In this document: positions 1 through 9,165 of the stretch, piece by piece
Layout of the letters: each line of letters starts with the position of its first letter
How positions within the stretch are numbered: position 1 is the first letter of the stretch
Virus record (IMG/VR): IMGVR_UViG_2931133163_000006
Source: a virus
Reading direction: 5' to 3' (one strand)
Length of the DNA: 64,000 nucleotides
Translations under genes and position numbers: made by a program
The notes under the pieces: model-generated
What the model was told of the DNA's origin: nothing
The model's input: the letters and a program-made list of their open reading frames with translations, nothing else
Database searches by the model: none

Positions 1-192
1 ATCCTCGCCCCGCTTCGGCACCGGGCGGGGCGCCGGCGCCGGGACGATGTCAGCGACCGGGGGCAGCATGCGGGCGCCGGGCGCCGCGCTGGACAGCCCA
101 CGCGTTGTCCCGCAGCCGGCCGAGGTCAGCATCAGACAGCCCGCAAGCGCCCATCGGGCCGAGCGACCGCAGAAGCTTCGCGTATTCGACAT
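1..192 (-). CDS. Rz1: Outer-membrane spanin (Rz1-like lipoprotein), partial, overlapping Rz in another frame
   Basis: Manual translation MSNTRSFCGRSARWALAGCLMLTSAGCGTTRG...PPVADIVPAPAPRPVPK runs off the window edge; lipobox-like LAGC/SAGC followed by a Pro-rich segment; missing from the ORF track. Confidence 0.6.
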   Translation of the reverse strand, partial: MSNTRSFCGRSARWALAGCLMLTSAGCGTTRGLSSAAPGARMLPPVADIVPAPAPRPVPKRGED

Positions 193-499
193 TGCGTTTC
201 TCCGCCGCCGCCTGGGCGCTCGCGTTGCGGGCCTCGCCTGCGCGGGCGGCCTGTTCGGCAGCCCGCGCCGCGTTCGCGTCGACGCGCGCCTCGGCGGCGT
301 CGCGGGCGAGGCGGTTGATCTCGGCCTGCCGGTCGGCGGCGCGGTAGCCGGCCGCCTTACCGATGAGGAAGGACAGCCCGGCGCTGGGCAGCGACCCCAG
401 CGTGAGGCCGGAGAGCAGAGCGAAGGCGACGGCGCCGATGCCCAGGAGGGCGGCCCCGCGCTCGGCGAAGCCCTTGATGCGATCCAGGAGGGCGCGCAT
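50..499 (-). CDS. Rz: Inner-membrane spanin (Rz-like)
   Basis: N-terminal hydrophobic segment, Ala-rich coiled coil, C-terminal Cys, directly after the endolysin, overlapped by a lipoprotein ORF. Confidence 0.55.
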   Translation of the reverse strand: MRALLDRIKGFAERGAALLGIGAVAFALLSGLTLGSLPSAGLSFLIGKAAGYRAADRQAEINRLARDAAEARVDANAARAAEQAARAGEARNASAQAAAEKRNVEYAKLLRSLGPMGACGLSDADLGRLRDNAWAVQRGARRPHAAPGR

Positions 500-500
500 G

Positions 501-1439
501 TCAGGCCGCCTCCGCCGCGGTCGCCGGAGGTGTGACGGCGGCCTCCGGAGCGGCAGGATCGTCGACCGCGACCGCGGGTAGGTCCTCGTCAGCGCTCGTG
601 TCCACCGCCTGCGTGGCGGAGCCCGCCTGGACCTTGTCGGCCACCGCGTGCCCGTACTTGACGATGACGCCGGCGACGCCGGCGATGACCGCGAGTCCGC
701 CGAGCACGTAGGGCATCCACGCGAACCAATCGCGCATCACCTCGAGCTGCTGTCCAAGCTCGGACACGGGCGCGGCGACCGCGGAGGCCGAGGTCACCAC
801 CGTGGTCGAAGCCGTCGAGAGCAGCGGCCGGGCGATCGTCTCCGGGGACACCACCGCCTTGCGGTGACCGCCGACCTGATCGACGGCGACCGGCGCGGGT
901 CCGACGCTGCCCGACGCCCAGCCCTGGCCGATCTTCTGCGCGTTGGCGATCCGGGCCGCCCAGCCCTTGCCGTAGATCCGCCACGTCTTGAGACCCCGCA
1001 GGGTGCCGAGGCGGGCCGCGCAGTAACGCGCGATCAGCGCGTCGTTGTCCTCGTCCTGGCCGACCGCGTGTAGGGTGACGTCACCGATCGCGCCGTCCAC
1101 CGCGCCCGGGTAGCCGACGAGGCTGCGCTGCAGCCACCGGACCGACTGCCCAATGCCGCTGTTCACCGCCCCGTCGAAGACGACGAAGTCGACGCCGGCC
1201 GGCAGCTCGTCGCAGGCGGCCTTGTCCCAGTAGAGCGCGCGATAGATCGCGGCGACCTGCGCATCCGTCGCGGTCCAGACGTCCGCGTTCGGCAGGCCCT
1301 GGCGGCGCAGCCACGCGGTGTAGACGCGCTGCGTGACGCCACGCGACGTGCGTCCGCCGGGATCGCGCGGATCGTCGACGTTGCCGCCCTCGTAGACGCG
1401 CACGCGCGCGTAGGCTCGTGCGAAACCGTCCTTCGCCAT
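501..1439 (-). CDS. Endolysin, glycoside hydrolase family 108, with PG-binding region and C-terminal membrane segment
   Basis: YEGGNVDDPRDPGGRTSRGVT matches the GH108 EGG...DPGG.T..G.T motif; VFDGAVNSG; YGKGWAARI; hydrophobic WMPYVLGGLAVIAGVAGVIV. Confidence 0.9.
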   Translation of the reverse strand: MAKDGFARAYARVRVYEGGNVDDPRDPGGRTSRGVTQRVYTAWLRRQGLPNADVWTATDAQVAAIYRALYWDKAACDELPAGVDFVVFDGAVNSGIGQSVRWLQRSLVGYPGAVDGAIGDVTLHAVGQDEDNDALIARYCAARLGTLRGLKTWRIYGKGWAARIANAQKIGQGWASGSVGPAPVAVDQVGGHRKAVVSPETIARPLLSTASTTVVTSASAVAAPVSELGQQLEVMRDWFAWMPYVLGGLAVIAGVAGVIVKYGHAVADKVQAGSATQAVDTSADEDLPAVAVDDPAAPEAAVTPPATAAEAA

Positions 1440-1450
1440 GGGTCAGGTCC

Positions 1451-1684
1451 TCAGAAGGGGATGGAGAGGCGCAGGCGCAGCGGCGCGATCTCGTCGAGCT
1501 CAAGGGTGCGCAGGCGCCCGGCGTCGTGGATGAGCAGGCCGTTCGGCGCGATCGGCGCCGCGGCCAGAAGGCTCGCCGCGCTCGGCCGGGGCGGCAGGTG
1601 CGGGATGCGCGGCCGGGCGGTGGCCGCTGCCGGCGCGCCGGACACAAGGACGGCCAGCAACGCCGCCAGGATCCGGGCCCGCAT
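1451..1684 (-). CDS. Small hypothetical protein with signal peptide-like N-terminus
   Basis: MRARILAALLAVLVSGAPAAA; start overlaps the stop of the upstream gene. Confidence 0.5.
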   Translation of the reverse strand: MRARILAALLAVLVSGAPAAATARPRIPHLPPRPSAASLLAAAPIAPNGLLIHDAGRLRTLELDEIAPLRLRLSIPF

Positions 1685-2100
1685 CAGCGCGCGTCCGCCA
1701 AGCGGCGTCCCGACCCGGCCCGGTCCAGGATCTCAATCCGGACGCGAGCGAGGCCGTCGAAGCACAGCGCGCGGGCCGCGCCGGTGGACATGTCGATCGC
1801 GCGGCGCAGCCGCCTGTGTGGCCCTCGGTCGTTGATCCGGGCGATCACGCTGCAGCCGTTGGCGAGGTTCGTCACGCGAACGCGCGTATTGAACGGGACG
1901 TCCCACATCGCCGCCGTGAGCCCCATCGGCTTGAACCGCTCCCCGTTGGCGGTCAGCCCCTTCGGGTTGATGCGGAAGATCTCGCGGCCGTAGGTCGAGG
2001 CAATGCCTTCCCAGGCTCGGGCGTGGGCAGGCGCGAACAGCAGCGCGCAAGCGACTGCGGCCCGTAGCGCGAGGCGCTGCAGGAGCATGGCGGGATCCAA
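1684..2100 (-). CDS. rlpA: RlpA-like lytic transglycosylase (double-psi beta-barrel) with signal peptide
   Basis: GIASTYG...TANGERF...TAA...PFNTRVRVTNLANG.SV..RINDRGP...R.IDMS..AA..L is the RlpA/DPBB signature. Confidence 0.85.
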   Translation of the reverse strand: MDPAMLLQRLALRAAVACALLFAPAHARAWEGIASTYGREIFRINPKGLTANGERFKPMGLTAAMWDVPFNTRVRVTNLANGCSVIARINDRGPHRRLRRAIDMSTGAARALCFDGLARVRIEILDRAGSGRRLADAR

Positions 2101-2187
2101 GGTGTCGGGTTGGGGCCGGGCGATCAGCCGCGCGGCATCAGGTCGGCGCCCCGCGGGTGGGATCCGCGGGGCGCCGTGGGCGTCAGG

Positions 2188-4290
2188 TCAGCGAGGGTCG
2201 ACCCAGCCGTAGGTGCGTACGCCGAAAATCGTGCTGTCGACGGACGAGCGAGCACGGATCCGCCCGAACGTATCCGTTCGGACGCGAAACTCCCCGAAGG
2301 CGTTGGTATTTGCCGCCCATGTCAGCGAGTAGTTTGGGAACGTTGGCACCTCATCCGCGGCATCTGGAGAGGAAATCATGAGGCCGTTCGGGGAACTGCT
2401 GGAGGCCCCCGCTCGGAACAGCGCCTCGACTTGGACCCCCGTCGGGACAGTCAACGGCACGAGCGACGCTGTCGTCGATGCGCCCCCGTTCAAATCGGTC
2501 ACGCTCGCAGTCCAGACGAAGGTGGACCCGGTTTGCTTGAACGGTAGAATGTTGCTGCTCGCATCAGTGCGAACGGAACCGATGCGCCGATACAGCAGAT
2601 ATCCAGCCGGCAGCGTGGGCGTACTGGGCGAGAGCGAAAACAGCGCGTCCACAGCGCCCGTTGACGGGTTGCTGATCAGGAACACGTGATACCAAGTCGA
2701 AGACGCTACGGCGCCTGTGTCCAGCCCGCCACCCGTGCCCGCCACCCAAGTACTGAGGATGGATTTGTTCAGCACGCCGAACATCGCCATCACCCCGGAC
2801 CGGGGAGAAGATGTCGCGGATCCCGGACCGATGTTGATGACGCTTGCTGGGGTCGTAACGTCGTTCGAGAGGGTCAGCCCCGTCGTCGCGACGGCGGGAA
2901 CAAGCTCGCTAGAGGTGAGAAGCCGCCCAGCCTGATAGGTTGCATTCAAGGTCCCGAGCGCATTCCCAACGCCGCGGACATTGGAAACAACCACGGCGTG
3001 GCCAGCGACGGTCGGGTTGACGCCGTATGCTCGCGCTGCCCGGATCGCCAACCCTCCTGAAAAGGTCGCCCTCGCCGAGGCATCATCGACCCGGACGTTG
3101 TCGGTGAATGCGCCGATCGTACCGCCAGTCCAGATGAGGTCGGAACCGCGCCAGTTCTTGACCCACAAGCCGTGGCCGGGGCCGGATGTGTTCCAAGTGC
3201 CGGTGAACGCGATGATGCCGTTGGCGATCAAGCTATCGTCGAGGACGATCGACGCGGAGCTGGCGTCCTGAGCGCTGTCGAAAGATACGGTGGCACCGAT
3301 GAATACCTCTCTGTTGCCTTCAGCAGTCAGAGTTGTATCGACGATCATGTTGGTGCCGTTGGCAATGACGTCCGTCTGTTCCAGACTGAAGCCGCCGAAC
3401 GCGCCCCCGACGCGGATGCCGACGCCGCTGCCGGCGATCTTGCCTTGATGCAGGAAAAGTCCGGCCTTGGCGCCATTCCCCAGCGCGCCGTTGAGCCGAA
3501 CCGCATCGCCTTGAGCGCGCGCTTCGTATTGCCCCAGCACGACCATATCGACCTGGTCGAACCATAGGCCGTGGAACAGGTTGCCGTTGCCGTCCTGACC
3601 GTCTGCAATGATATCTCGCAGCACGGACCGAACCAGACCGCGCATCCGAAGCCCGGCGCCGGCCGTCATCTTCAGATTAGAGGCAACTCGAAAGCCGGAC
3701 AGGTTGCATTGCCGGACCTGAGAGATTGAACTGGTCGTGTCTCCAATCGTGATGATGTCTTTGGCGGCGTCTGGTCCGTCGTACCAGAACACGCTCGAAT
3801 GGCTGCCGGAGCCGGCGAGCGACAGATTGCTGACGATCGGGAACTGGAGCGGCTGAGTAAACCGGTAAAGCCCGGGCGGCATGGCACCGCGCCGGCCGAG
3901 CCCGAGCGCCGCCAGCCACGAGCGAAGGGCCGTCGTGTCATCGGCCACACCATCGCCGACGGCGCCAAAATCCTGCGGGGTCACACCATGGTCGGTCGCC
4001 CGATCGGTGACGGCTCGCGCGACCGCCGCGGCGATGGCAAGTCGGACCTTGGTCCCGGAGGCGTCGCCGGTCTTGGCCAGCGCCCCGATATCGTCCAGAC
4101 CCAGAGCGCCAACCTTGCCGGCGAGCGTCGTGACGCCACCCGGCGCACCCTTCTGGGCCGCCACGAAGTCGGCAAGCTCGCCGGTGTTGCCCAGGGCCAG
4201 CCACGCCGCGTAGGTGCTCTGCCCGGGCAGGCCGGCCGGCCCGCCGACCGGCACATAGGCACGGGCGAGCGAAGAACCTCGGATCGCCAT
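2188..4290 (-). CDS. Tailspike/tail fibre with pectate-lyase-like beta-helix
   Basis: VTPQDFGAVGDGVADDT is the classic beta-helix start; the N-terminal G.STY..W...GNTG..DF and C-terminal GLDTG...TWYHVFLI segments are typical of phage fibres. Confidence 0.75.
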   Translation of the reverse strand: MAIRGSSLARAYVPVGGPAGLPGQSTYAAWLALGNTGELADFVAAQKGAPGGVTTLAGKVGALGLDDIGALAKTGDASGTKVRLAIAAAVARAVTDRATDHGVTPQDFGAVGDGVADDTTALRSWLAALGLGRRGAMPPGLYRFTQPLQFPIVSNLSLAGSGSHSSVFWYDGPDAAKDIITIGDTTSSISQVRQCNLSGFRVASNLKMTAGAGLRMRGLVRSVLRDIIADGQDGNGNLFHGLWFDQVDMVVLGQYEARAQGDAVRLNGALGNGAKAGLFLHQGKIAGSGVGIRVGGAFGGFSLEQTDVIANGTNMIVDTTLTAEGNREVFIGATVSFDSAQDASSASIVLDDSLIANGIIAFTGTWNTSGPGHGLWVKNWRGSDLIWTGGTIGAFTDNVRVDDASARATFSGGLAIRAARAYGVNPTVAGHAVVVSNVRGVGNALGTLNATYQAGRLLTSSELVPAVATTGLTLSNDVTTPASVINIGPGSATSSPRSGVMAMFGVLNKSILSTWVAGTGGGLDTGAVASSTWYHVFLISNPSTGAVDALFSLSPSTPTLPAGYLLYRRIGSVRTDASSNILPFKQTGSTFVWTASVTDLNGGASTTASLVPLTVPTGVQVEALFRAGASSSSPNGLMISSPDAADEVPTFPNYSLTWAANTNAFGEFRVRTDTFGRIRARSSVDSTIFGVRTYGWVDPR

Positions 4291-4294
4291 GCTC

Positions 4295-4975
4295 TCAGGC
4301 TCCCTGTCCGATCTGTGCGGGGACGGCGGTGTGGTGGATGAGGCCGTAGAAGGTCGGGACCCGGAGGCCCGTCGCCGGGTCGGTGGCGGTGATGCCGTAG
4401 GGGTAGCCCTCAGGCTTGACCGGCAGGCGCGCCATGGGCGTGCGAGCCACTGCCATGGCGATCACGCCGAGAGGGCCGCCGTTGGCGATGCTCGGGTTCG
4501 CGCCGCCGCTGGTGGCCTGCAGCGCGATGGTCGCCGCCCCCACCGCCTGGCGCGCGTCAAGATCGAACACGAGGCCGGTGAGGTCGACCGGCTGCGGCAC
4601 TACGGCGATCGCGAAGCTGTCGCCGACCCCAAACGGCGTCGCGCCCTGCGCCAGGCTGATAGTGATCCCGCCGGCATAGAGGGGCGCTCCAACGACCCCC
4701 TGGCCGGTCACGAGGCCATAGGGGTCCGTGACACTGATCCGAGTAAGCCCACTCGCGATCGCAGTGACTGCAACCACGTGTGCGCCGTAGACCGCCCCGG
4801 GCTGAACGTCCGCGACCGTGATCGCGCCGTTCCCAACGTTGGCGTCGCCCGCGAGTGTGCCGCCAGCCGCCGGCGAGCCGATCAGCGGCAGGCCGTCGAG
4901 CCAGTCGGTCGCCTGCGTCGTGTCGAAGTCGACCCGCTGCGGCTGGATCAGCTGGATCGGGGCGAGGCTCGACAT
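4295..4975 (-). CDS. Hypothetical tail protein, possible fibre adaptor (BppU-like C-terminal part)
   Basis: Beta-rich, PVDLTG..F.L..R motif, directly upstream of the tailspike. Confidence 0.45.
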   Translation of the reverse strand: MSSLAPIQLIQPQRVDFDTTQATDWLDGLPLIGSPAAGGTLAGDANVGNGAITVADVQPGAVYGAHVVAVTAIASGLTRISVTDPYGLVTGQGVVGAPLYAGGITISLAQGATPFGVGDSFAIAVVPQPVDLTGLVFDLDARQAVGAATIALQATSGGANPSIANGGPLGVIAMAVARTPMARLPVKPEGYPYGITATDPATGLRVPTFYGLIHHTAVPAQIGQGA

Positions 4976-5002
4976 GCACCGGACCTCAGGCGAGCGGGCA
5001 AC

Positions 5003-5023
5003 AAAAAGCCGCCCGGAGGCGGC
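5003..5023 (-). terminator. Rho-independent terminator between the two fibre modules
   Basis: Minus strand GCCGCC-TCCG-GGCGGC-TTTTT. Confidence 0.65.
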
Positions 5024-5053
5024 GCGGGTCGGACTGGTCTGCGCCGCTGACGA

Positions 5054-5653
5054 TCAAGCCGCGGGCGCGAGGCCTGCGAAGGCGGCATCGACCTGGGCGA
5101 GTGTCGTGATCGTCGGCGGGCTCGCGTTGATGCCGGCGTCGCAGGCGTCCTCGGCGGTGAAGCACGCCTGGACGTGAGCGAACACGGCGAGCGCCACCGC
5201 CTTCATCTGGTCGGCCGTCAGCTCGATCCAGCCGGAGGCGGCCTTGAACTTGACGGAGGCGACGCCGCCCGCCTGCATCCCGGCGTAGGCATTGGCGACC
5301 ATCGACTGGCTGTCCCGGTCGGTGGCGACCGTCACGCCGTTGACCACCACGCCGCCGGTCTCGACCGCGAAGCGCCGGGCCGCCGCGTAGGCGACGAGAT
5401 CGGCCGCGGAGGGCGCCGCCGCCAGAGCATCGGGGAGCGCCAGTCCCCAGCGCGCCAGCTCCTCGCGAAGCGCGACCAGCGTCGGCGCGCCGCTGGCGTC
5501 GACCGGACAGGGCGTCGGCTCCCAATCGTCGGGCGCGCTCCACGCCTTCAGGGTGGCATCGTCGGCGCCGACGATCGCCCCGCGCGCGGAGGCGAAGATG
5601 TCGGTGCCGTTCGGGAGGCGCCAGTACCAGTCCGAGGCGTTGAAGTTACGCAA
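5054..5653 (-). CDS. Tail fibre assembly protein (DUF4376-like)
   Basis: AAARRFAVETGGVVVNG..VATDRDSQ...FK...GW..LT..Q...VA.AV..HVQACF motif; follows a fibre gene. Confidence 0.75.
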   Translation of the reverse strand: MRNFNASDWYWRLPNGTDIFASARGAIVGADDATLKAWSAPDDWEPTPCPVDASGAPTLVALREELARWGLALPDALAAAPSAADLVAYAAARRFAVETGGVVVNGVTVATDRDSQSMVANAYAGMQAGGVASVKFKAASGWIELTADQMKAVALAVFAHVQACFTAEDACDAGINASPPTITTLAQVDAAFAGLAPAA

Positions 5654-6620
5654 CCTGACCTCCCGTGTCGTAGGTGCCGGCCGTCGTGCCCGGAATGAAG
5701 TTGACGCCGCGGCCGTAGAGCTGGATCACGCCGTTCAGCCCGGCGTAGAACCGGCGCCCGGAAGTCGTACCGCCCCACGCCGCGCCCGTGCCGAAGGCGA
5801 CGCGGCCGTTGATGCAGTTGACGACGTTGGTGAAGACGCCGGCCGACGGCACGTTGATCGTGCCGAATGAGGTGATCGTGCCGCCCTGCGCGTCGAGGAT
5901 CGCGCCCGCGCTCTGCGCGATGCCAATCGTCCCGCTGAGGGTGACGGAGCCGCCCGGTCCGGCGAAGAGGTGGCTGGCGTTCAGCGCCGTGTCGCCGGTG
6001 AAATCGCAGTTGTCGATCGTCACGTTGCTGCCGGCCGCGATCGTATTCAGCGCCGGATTGGTGTTGCGCAGCGTCGCCCCGCTGATGGTGCAGACCGTTC
6101 CCGTGACCTGCGTCTGGGCGTCTTTGGTGCCCGCACCGGCGAGGAGGTAGTTGCCGCGATTGGCCGGAGCGCCCAGGATCGTGAGGTTCGGGACACCGGT
6201 GACCACCGCCGGCAGATCGTAGGTACCGGCCGAGAGCATCTGCACCAGGAGCCCGTAGCCGCCGAACGCGTAGCGCGAGGCGGCATATCGGATGGCCCGC
6301 GCGTTGGTTCGGAACGGGTTGGCCTGCGAGCCGTCACCGGTCGCATCGCTGCCCGTGGAGCTGTCGACGTAGAGCGTGACGGCCGCCACGACCGGCGTGA
6401 TCGCGGTCGAGGCGATGAGCGCCTTGATCGCCTGGGCGAGCTGGGTCAGATCGCCGTTCGTCGGCGTGAGGCCGGCAGCGGTGATCGCGTTGACGATCTC
6501 GCGCTGCGGGTACTCCAGACCCTCGGCGCAGGGGATCGAGCCCGCCGTGTTGGTCGCCGGGTTGCCGTTGACATAGCCGGCCGCCGGGTTCGTCTGATCG
6601 AAGGGTTTATTGTACTGCAC
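5646..6620 (-). CDS. Tail fibre protein
   Basis: N-terminal baseplate-attachment pattern GSIP.A...PQREIVNAI..AGLTP...DLTQL.QAI; LYVDSSTGSDATGDGSQANPFRT; Gly/Thr-rich beta region. Confidence 0.75.
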   Translation of the reverse strand: MQYNKPFDQTNPAAGYVNGNPATNTAGSIPCAEGLEYPQREIVNAITAAGLTPTNGDLTQLAQAIKALIASTAITPVVAAVTLYVDSSTGSDATGDGSQANPFRTNARAIRYAASRYAFGGYGLLVQMLSAGTYDLPAVVTGVPNLTILGAPANRGNYLLAGAGTKDAQTQVTGTVCTISGATLRNTNPALNTIAAGSNVTIDNCDFTGDTALNASHLFAGPGGSVTLSGTIGIAQSAGAILDAQGGTITSFGTINVPSAGVFTNVVNCINGRVAFGTGAAWGGTTSGRRFYAGLNGVIQLYGRGVNFIPGTTAGTYDTGGQVA

Positions 6621-6703
6621 GGGCGGGCGCTCCGGACGCGCGCAGCCGCGCCCGGCCCGCGGGGCGGGTCAGCGTCGGCCAAGCGATCGGTTGAGGGGCG
6701 GGG

Positions 6704-7486
6704 CTAGTAGAGCGGCACGCTCTCGGCCGGCAGCGGGTCGCCGCCGTGCTCGATGATCGTCAGCAGCGGGTCGGTCCCGCAGTGGTTCACGCCTGCCCGG
6801 AAGGGCACGTATTCCTGGTACTTCGGCGTGACGTTGGCGTAGTCGAACAGGATCTCGGTGTGCGCCGGCTTGTAGCGCCGGAACAGGCATTCGAGGTCCA
6901 TGGCCATGCTGAAGCGCACCATCGGATCGATGCCGCACTGGCCAGCGCCGGCCCGGAACCACGACACGCGCGAACCGTAGACCCGCACCGTCCAGTAGAA
7001 CCGGATCTCAGGCGGTCCGACCTGCCAGCGGTACTGCTCGCCGTTGGTGCCGGTCGCCCGCGTGTCGCCGCACCGGGAGATCCCGGCCATGAACGGCGAG
7101 TACTCGACGATCCGGATCACGTACCCGAGGCGCGAGGCGACGTTGTAGAAGAACGCCCGGCTCTGGCCGCCCTCGGTCGTGATCCGCTCGATGAGGGCGA
7201 GGCGCCGCTCCTCCAGGGTGTACTGTTCCTGGACGCACGGGTCGGGCAGACCGAAGGCGCGCTCCCAGTCCGGCAGCAGCTCGGTCGTGAAGCGCGGGTC
7301 GAGTTCGAGCTCCAGGAGGTCGGCGGCCCGCGGGTCGACCACCGTTCCCCAGATCTCGGCCTGCCCGCGCACGAGCTGCATCAGGTCGCTGTCGGGGTCG
7401 CGCGACCACGCCTCGCCGCGCGGCAGCAGGCGCGCGAAGGCCTCGGCGTAGTCGTCGCCATCGCGGCGGATGAAGCCGTCGCTCAT
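6704..7486 (-). CDS. Baseplate wedge protein, Mu gp48-like (DUF2313/YmfQ)
   Basis: LLPRGEAW...ELLPDWERAFGLPD.C...TLEERR...GGQS..FF...A..LGY...LEC.F.RYKPAHT; start at MSDGF overlaps the gp47 stop. Confidence 0.85.
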   Translation of the reverse strand: MSDGFIRRDGDDYAEAFARLLPRGEAWSRDPDSDLMQLVRGQAEIWGTVVDPRAADLLELELDPRFTTELLPDWERAFGLPDPCVQEQYTLEERRLALIERITTEGGQSRAFFYNVASRLGYVIRIVEYSPFMAGISRCGDTRATGTNGEQYRWQVGPPEIRFYWTVRVYGSRVSWFRAGAGQCGIDPMVRFSMAMDLECLFRRYKPAHTEILFDYANVTPKYQEYVPFRAGVNHCGTDPLLTIIEHGGDPLPAESVPLY

Positions 7487-8556
7487 GGGTAGGAGATCCC
7501 ACCGCCGGCCGCGGCCGAGAGGCTCGCCATGTGCCCGGGCGAAGCCATCACCGCGTCGTCGAAATCGAGGTCGAAGTAGCCGTCGCCCACCACCTCGGAG
7601 ATCGCCGCCGACACCCAGGCCGCGTAGATCGTCTGGCCGGGCGCCGCGCGCTCCAGGAGCAGCAGCTGCAACGCCGTCTCGATGGCGAGCCGCATCGACG
7701 GCGTGTCGTCCGACAGGTTGCGGATCTTGATCGCCAGCCCCTGCGGGATCGGCGGGACGACGAAGAAGTCCTTCACGCAGACGGGTCGGACCGTGTCGAG
7801 ATAGGCGCGGACCTGCGCGATGTCGTCGTCGGTCGGCAGGCCGCCGTTGCCGGCGCGCAGCGCGTCGCACAGGAACCGCACCACCACGGTGCCGATGCCC
7901 ATGCCGTTCGGGCTCGACCAGGCGCGGGTGACGCCGGGGACGGCCAGCGTCCACTGGATGTAGTCGTCGGCGTCGCCGCCCATCGGGGGCCGGCGCAGGC
8001 GCAGCAGCACCCGGGTGCGCAGATCGTCGTCGCTCTCAGTGTCGGCGCCGCCGTCGATCAGGACGACCGTGGCCTGCGCGTCGATGTTGGAGACCGCGAC
8101 CGTCAACGACAGCGGCGCCCCGGCGTCTCGGTTGCCGATCGCGCCTGCGGTCAGACAGGTGACCGCCGCCTCGGTTGCAGTCGACGAGAGGTAGATGTCG
8201 GCCGCGGTCTGGTACTGGACACCGTCCGAGGTCGCCAGGATCGACCCGGCCGGCAGGAGCGTGCCCTTCACGCCGGTGAGCGCGATCGTGCCGGAGGCGA
8301 AGGTCGCCGCCTTCGGGCCGCCGAACAGGATGTAGGCCCAGCGCAGGAGCCAATCGCCCTCGGCCTTATCCGGCAGGGCGTTCTTGGCGATGTAGGCGAG
8401 GTATTTCAGGTTCAGGAACGCGCCGCCGGCGTTCTGATCCGAGAGGACGCGCAGCGCGTTGTTCGGGACGCTCGCGTCGGCGCCCTTCAGGAAGGCGGCG
8501 AGGTTGTCGCGGTTCTGCCGGCGCACGCTCGGCAGGTCCGGCAGGTTGAACGGCAT
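7483..8556 (-). CDS. Baseplate J-like protein, Mu gp47
   Basis: GGADTESDDDLRTRVL..LRRPPMGGDADDYIQW.L.VPGVTRAW...G.GTV.V motif. Confidence 0.9.
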   Translation of the reverse strand: MPFNLPDLPSVRRQNRDNLAAFLKGADASVPNNALRVLSDQNAGGAFLNLKYLAYIAKNALPDKAEGDWLLRWAYILFGGPKAATFASGTIALTGVKGTLLPAGSILATSDGVQYQTAADIYLSSTATEAAVTCLTAGAIGNRDAGAPLSLTVAVSNIDAQATVVLIDGGADTESDDDLRTRVLLRLRRPPMGGDADDYIQWTLAVPGVTRAWSSPNGMGIGTVVVRFLCDALRAGNGGLPTDDDIAQVRAYLDTVRPVCVKDFFVVPPIPQGLAIKIRNLSDDTPSMRLAIETALQLLLLERAAPGQTIYAAWVSAAISEVVGDGYFDLDFDDAVMASPGHMASLSAAAGGGISYP

Positions 8557-8630
8557 GGGGCAGCCTCAGGCGCGCCGCGGCGGCGGCTTCCAGCGGGTCG
8601 GTTCGGGCGGTGGCGGTGGTGGGAGGCCGG

Positions 8631-9155
8631 TCAGCCGGTCGGCGCGGAGACGACGATCCCGGCCCAGAGGTCACTGAAGCGAAGGTCGAGCAGCAGCTCG
8701 TCGCCGCGGTACATCACGACGCGCGCCTCGATCCGCTCGATGCCGGCGCGGACCGCCGTCGCCTCGATCTTGGTGGCGATCTTCCTGTCCACGAACGGCT
8801 GCAGGGCCTCGTAGATGTAGTCCTCGATCTGGACCGTGGTGGCGCCCTTGCGGGCGGCCGCGCCGGTGATCGTGGCCCGAGACAGGAGCCAGAGCTTCGA
8901 GCCGATCGGCCAGCCGTCCCAGATCTGCTCGGCGTCGACGTCGCCCCACCAGCCGCGGCGGTCGGTGTCGCGCGAGTCCGGCAGGTCGTCGTCCGGGCCG
9001 GCGAGCGCATCCGTCATCAGCGCGACGACGACGGCCGTGGCGAGCTCGTCCGAGGTGTCGAGCTGGCCCGCCGGGGTGAGCAGCAGGTCGAGGTCGACCG
9101 CCTGGAAGGGCTGGCCCGGGGCGGTGCCCTTCGGCGCGATCCGGACGTCCGTCAT
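8631..9155 (-). CDS. Mu gp46-like baseplate protein
   Basis: LATAVVVALMTD...RRGWWGD...IGSKLWLL.R; start taken at MTDVR. Confidence 0.85.
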   Translation of the reverse strand: MTDVRIAPKGTAPGQPFQAVDLDLLLTPAGQLDTSDELATAVVVALMTDALAGPDDDLPDSRDTDRRGWWGDVDAEQIWDGWPIGSKLWLLSRATITGAAARKGATTVQIEDYIYEALQPFVDRKIATKIEATAVRAGIERIEARVVMYRGDELLLDLRFSDLWAGIVVSAPTG

Positions 9156-9165
9156 GGCGGGTCTC

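Noticed and set aside
2188-6620. Invertible tail-fibre cassette driven by the serine recombinase
   Set aside because: Both fibre genes are co-oriented, no flanking inverted sites were seen, and the recombinase is more than 20 kb away
2188-6620. Diversity-generating retroelement targeting the fibres
   Set aside because: No reverse transcriptase and no template/variable repeat pair seen in the window
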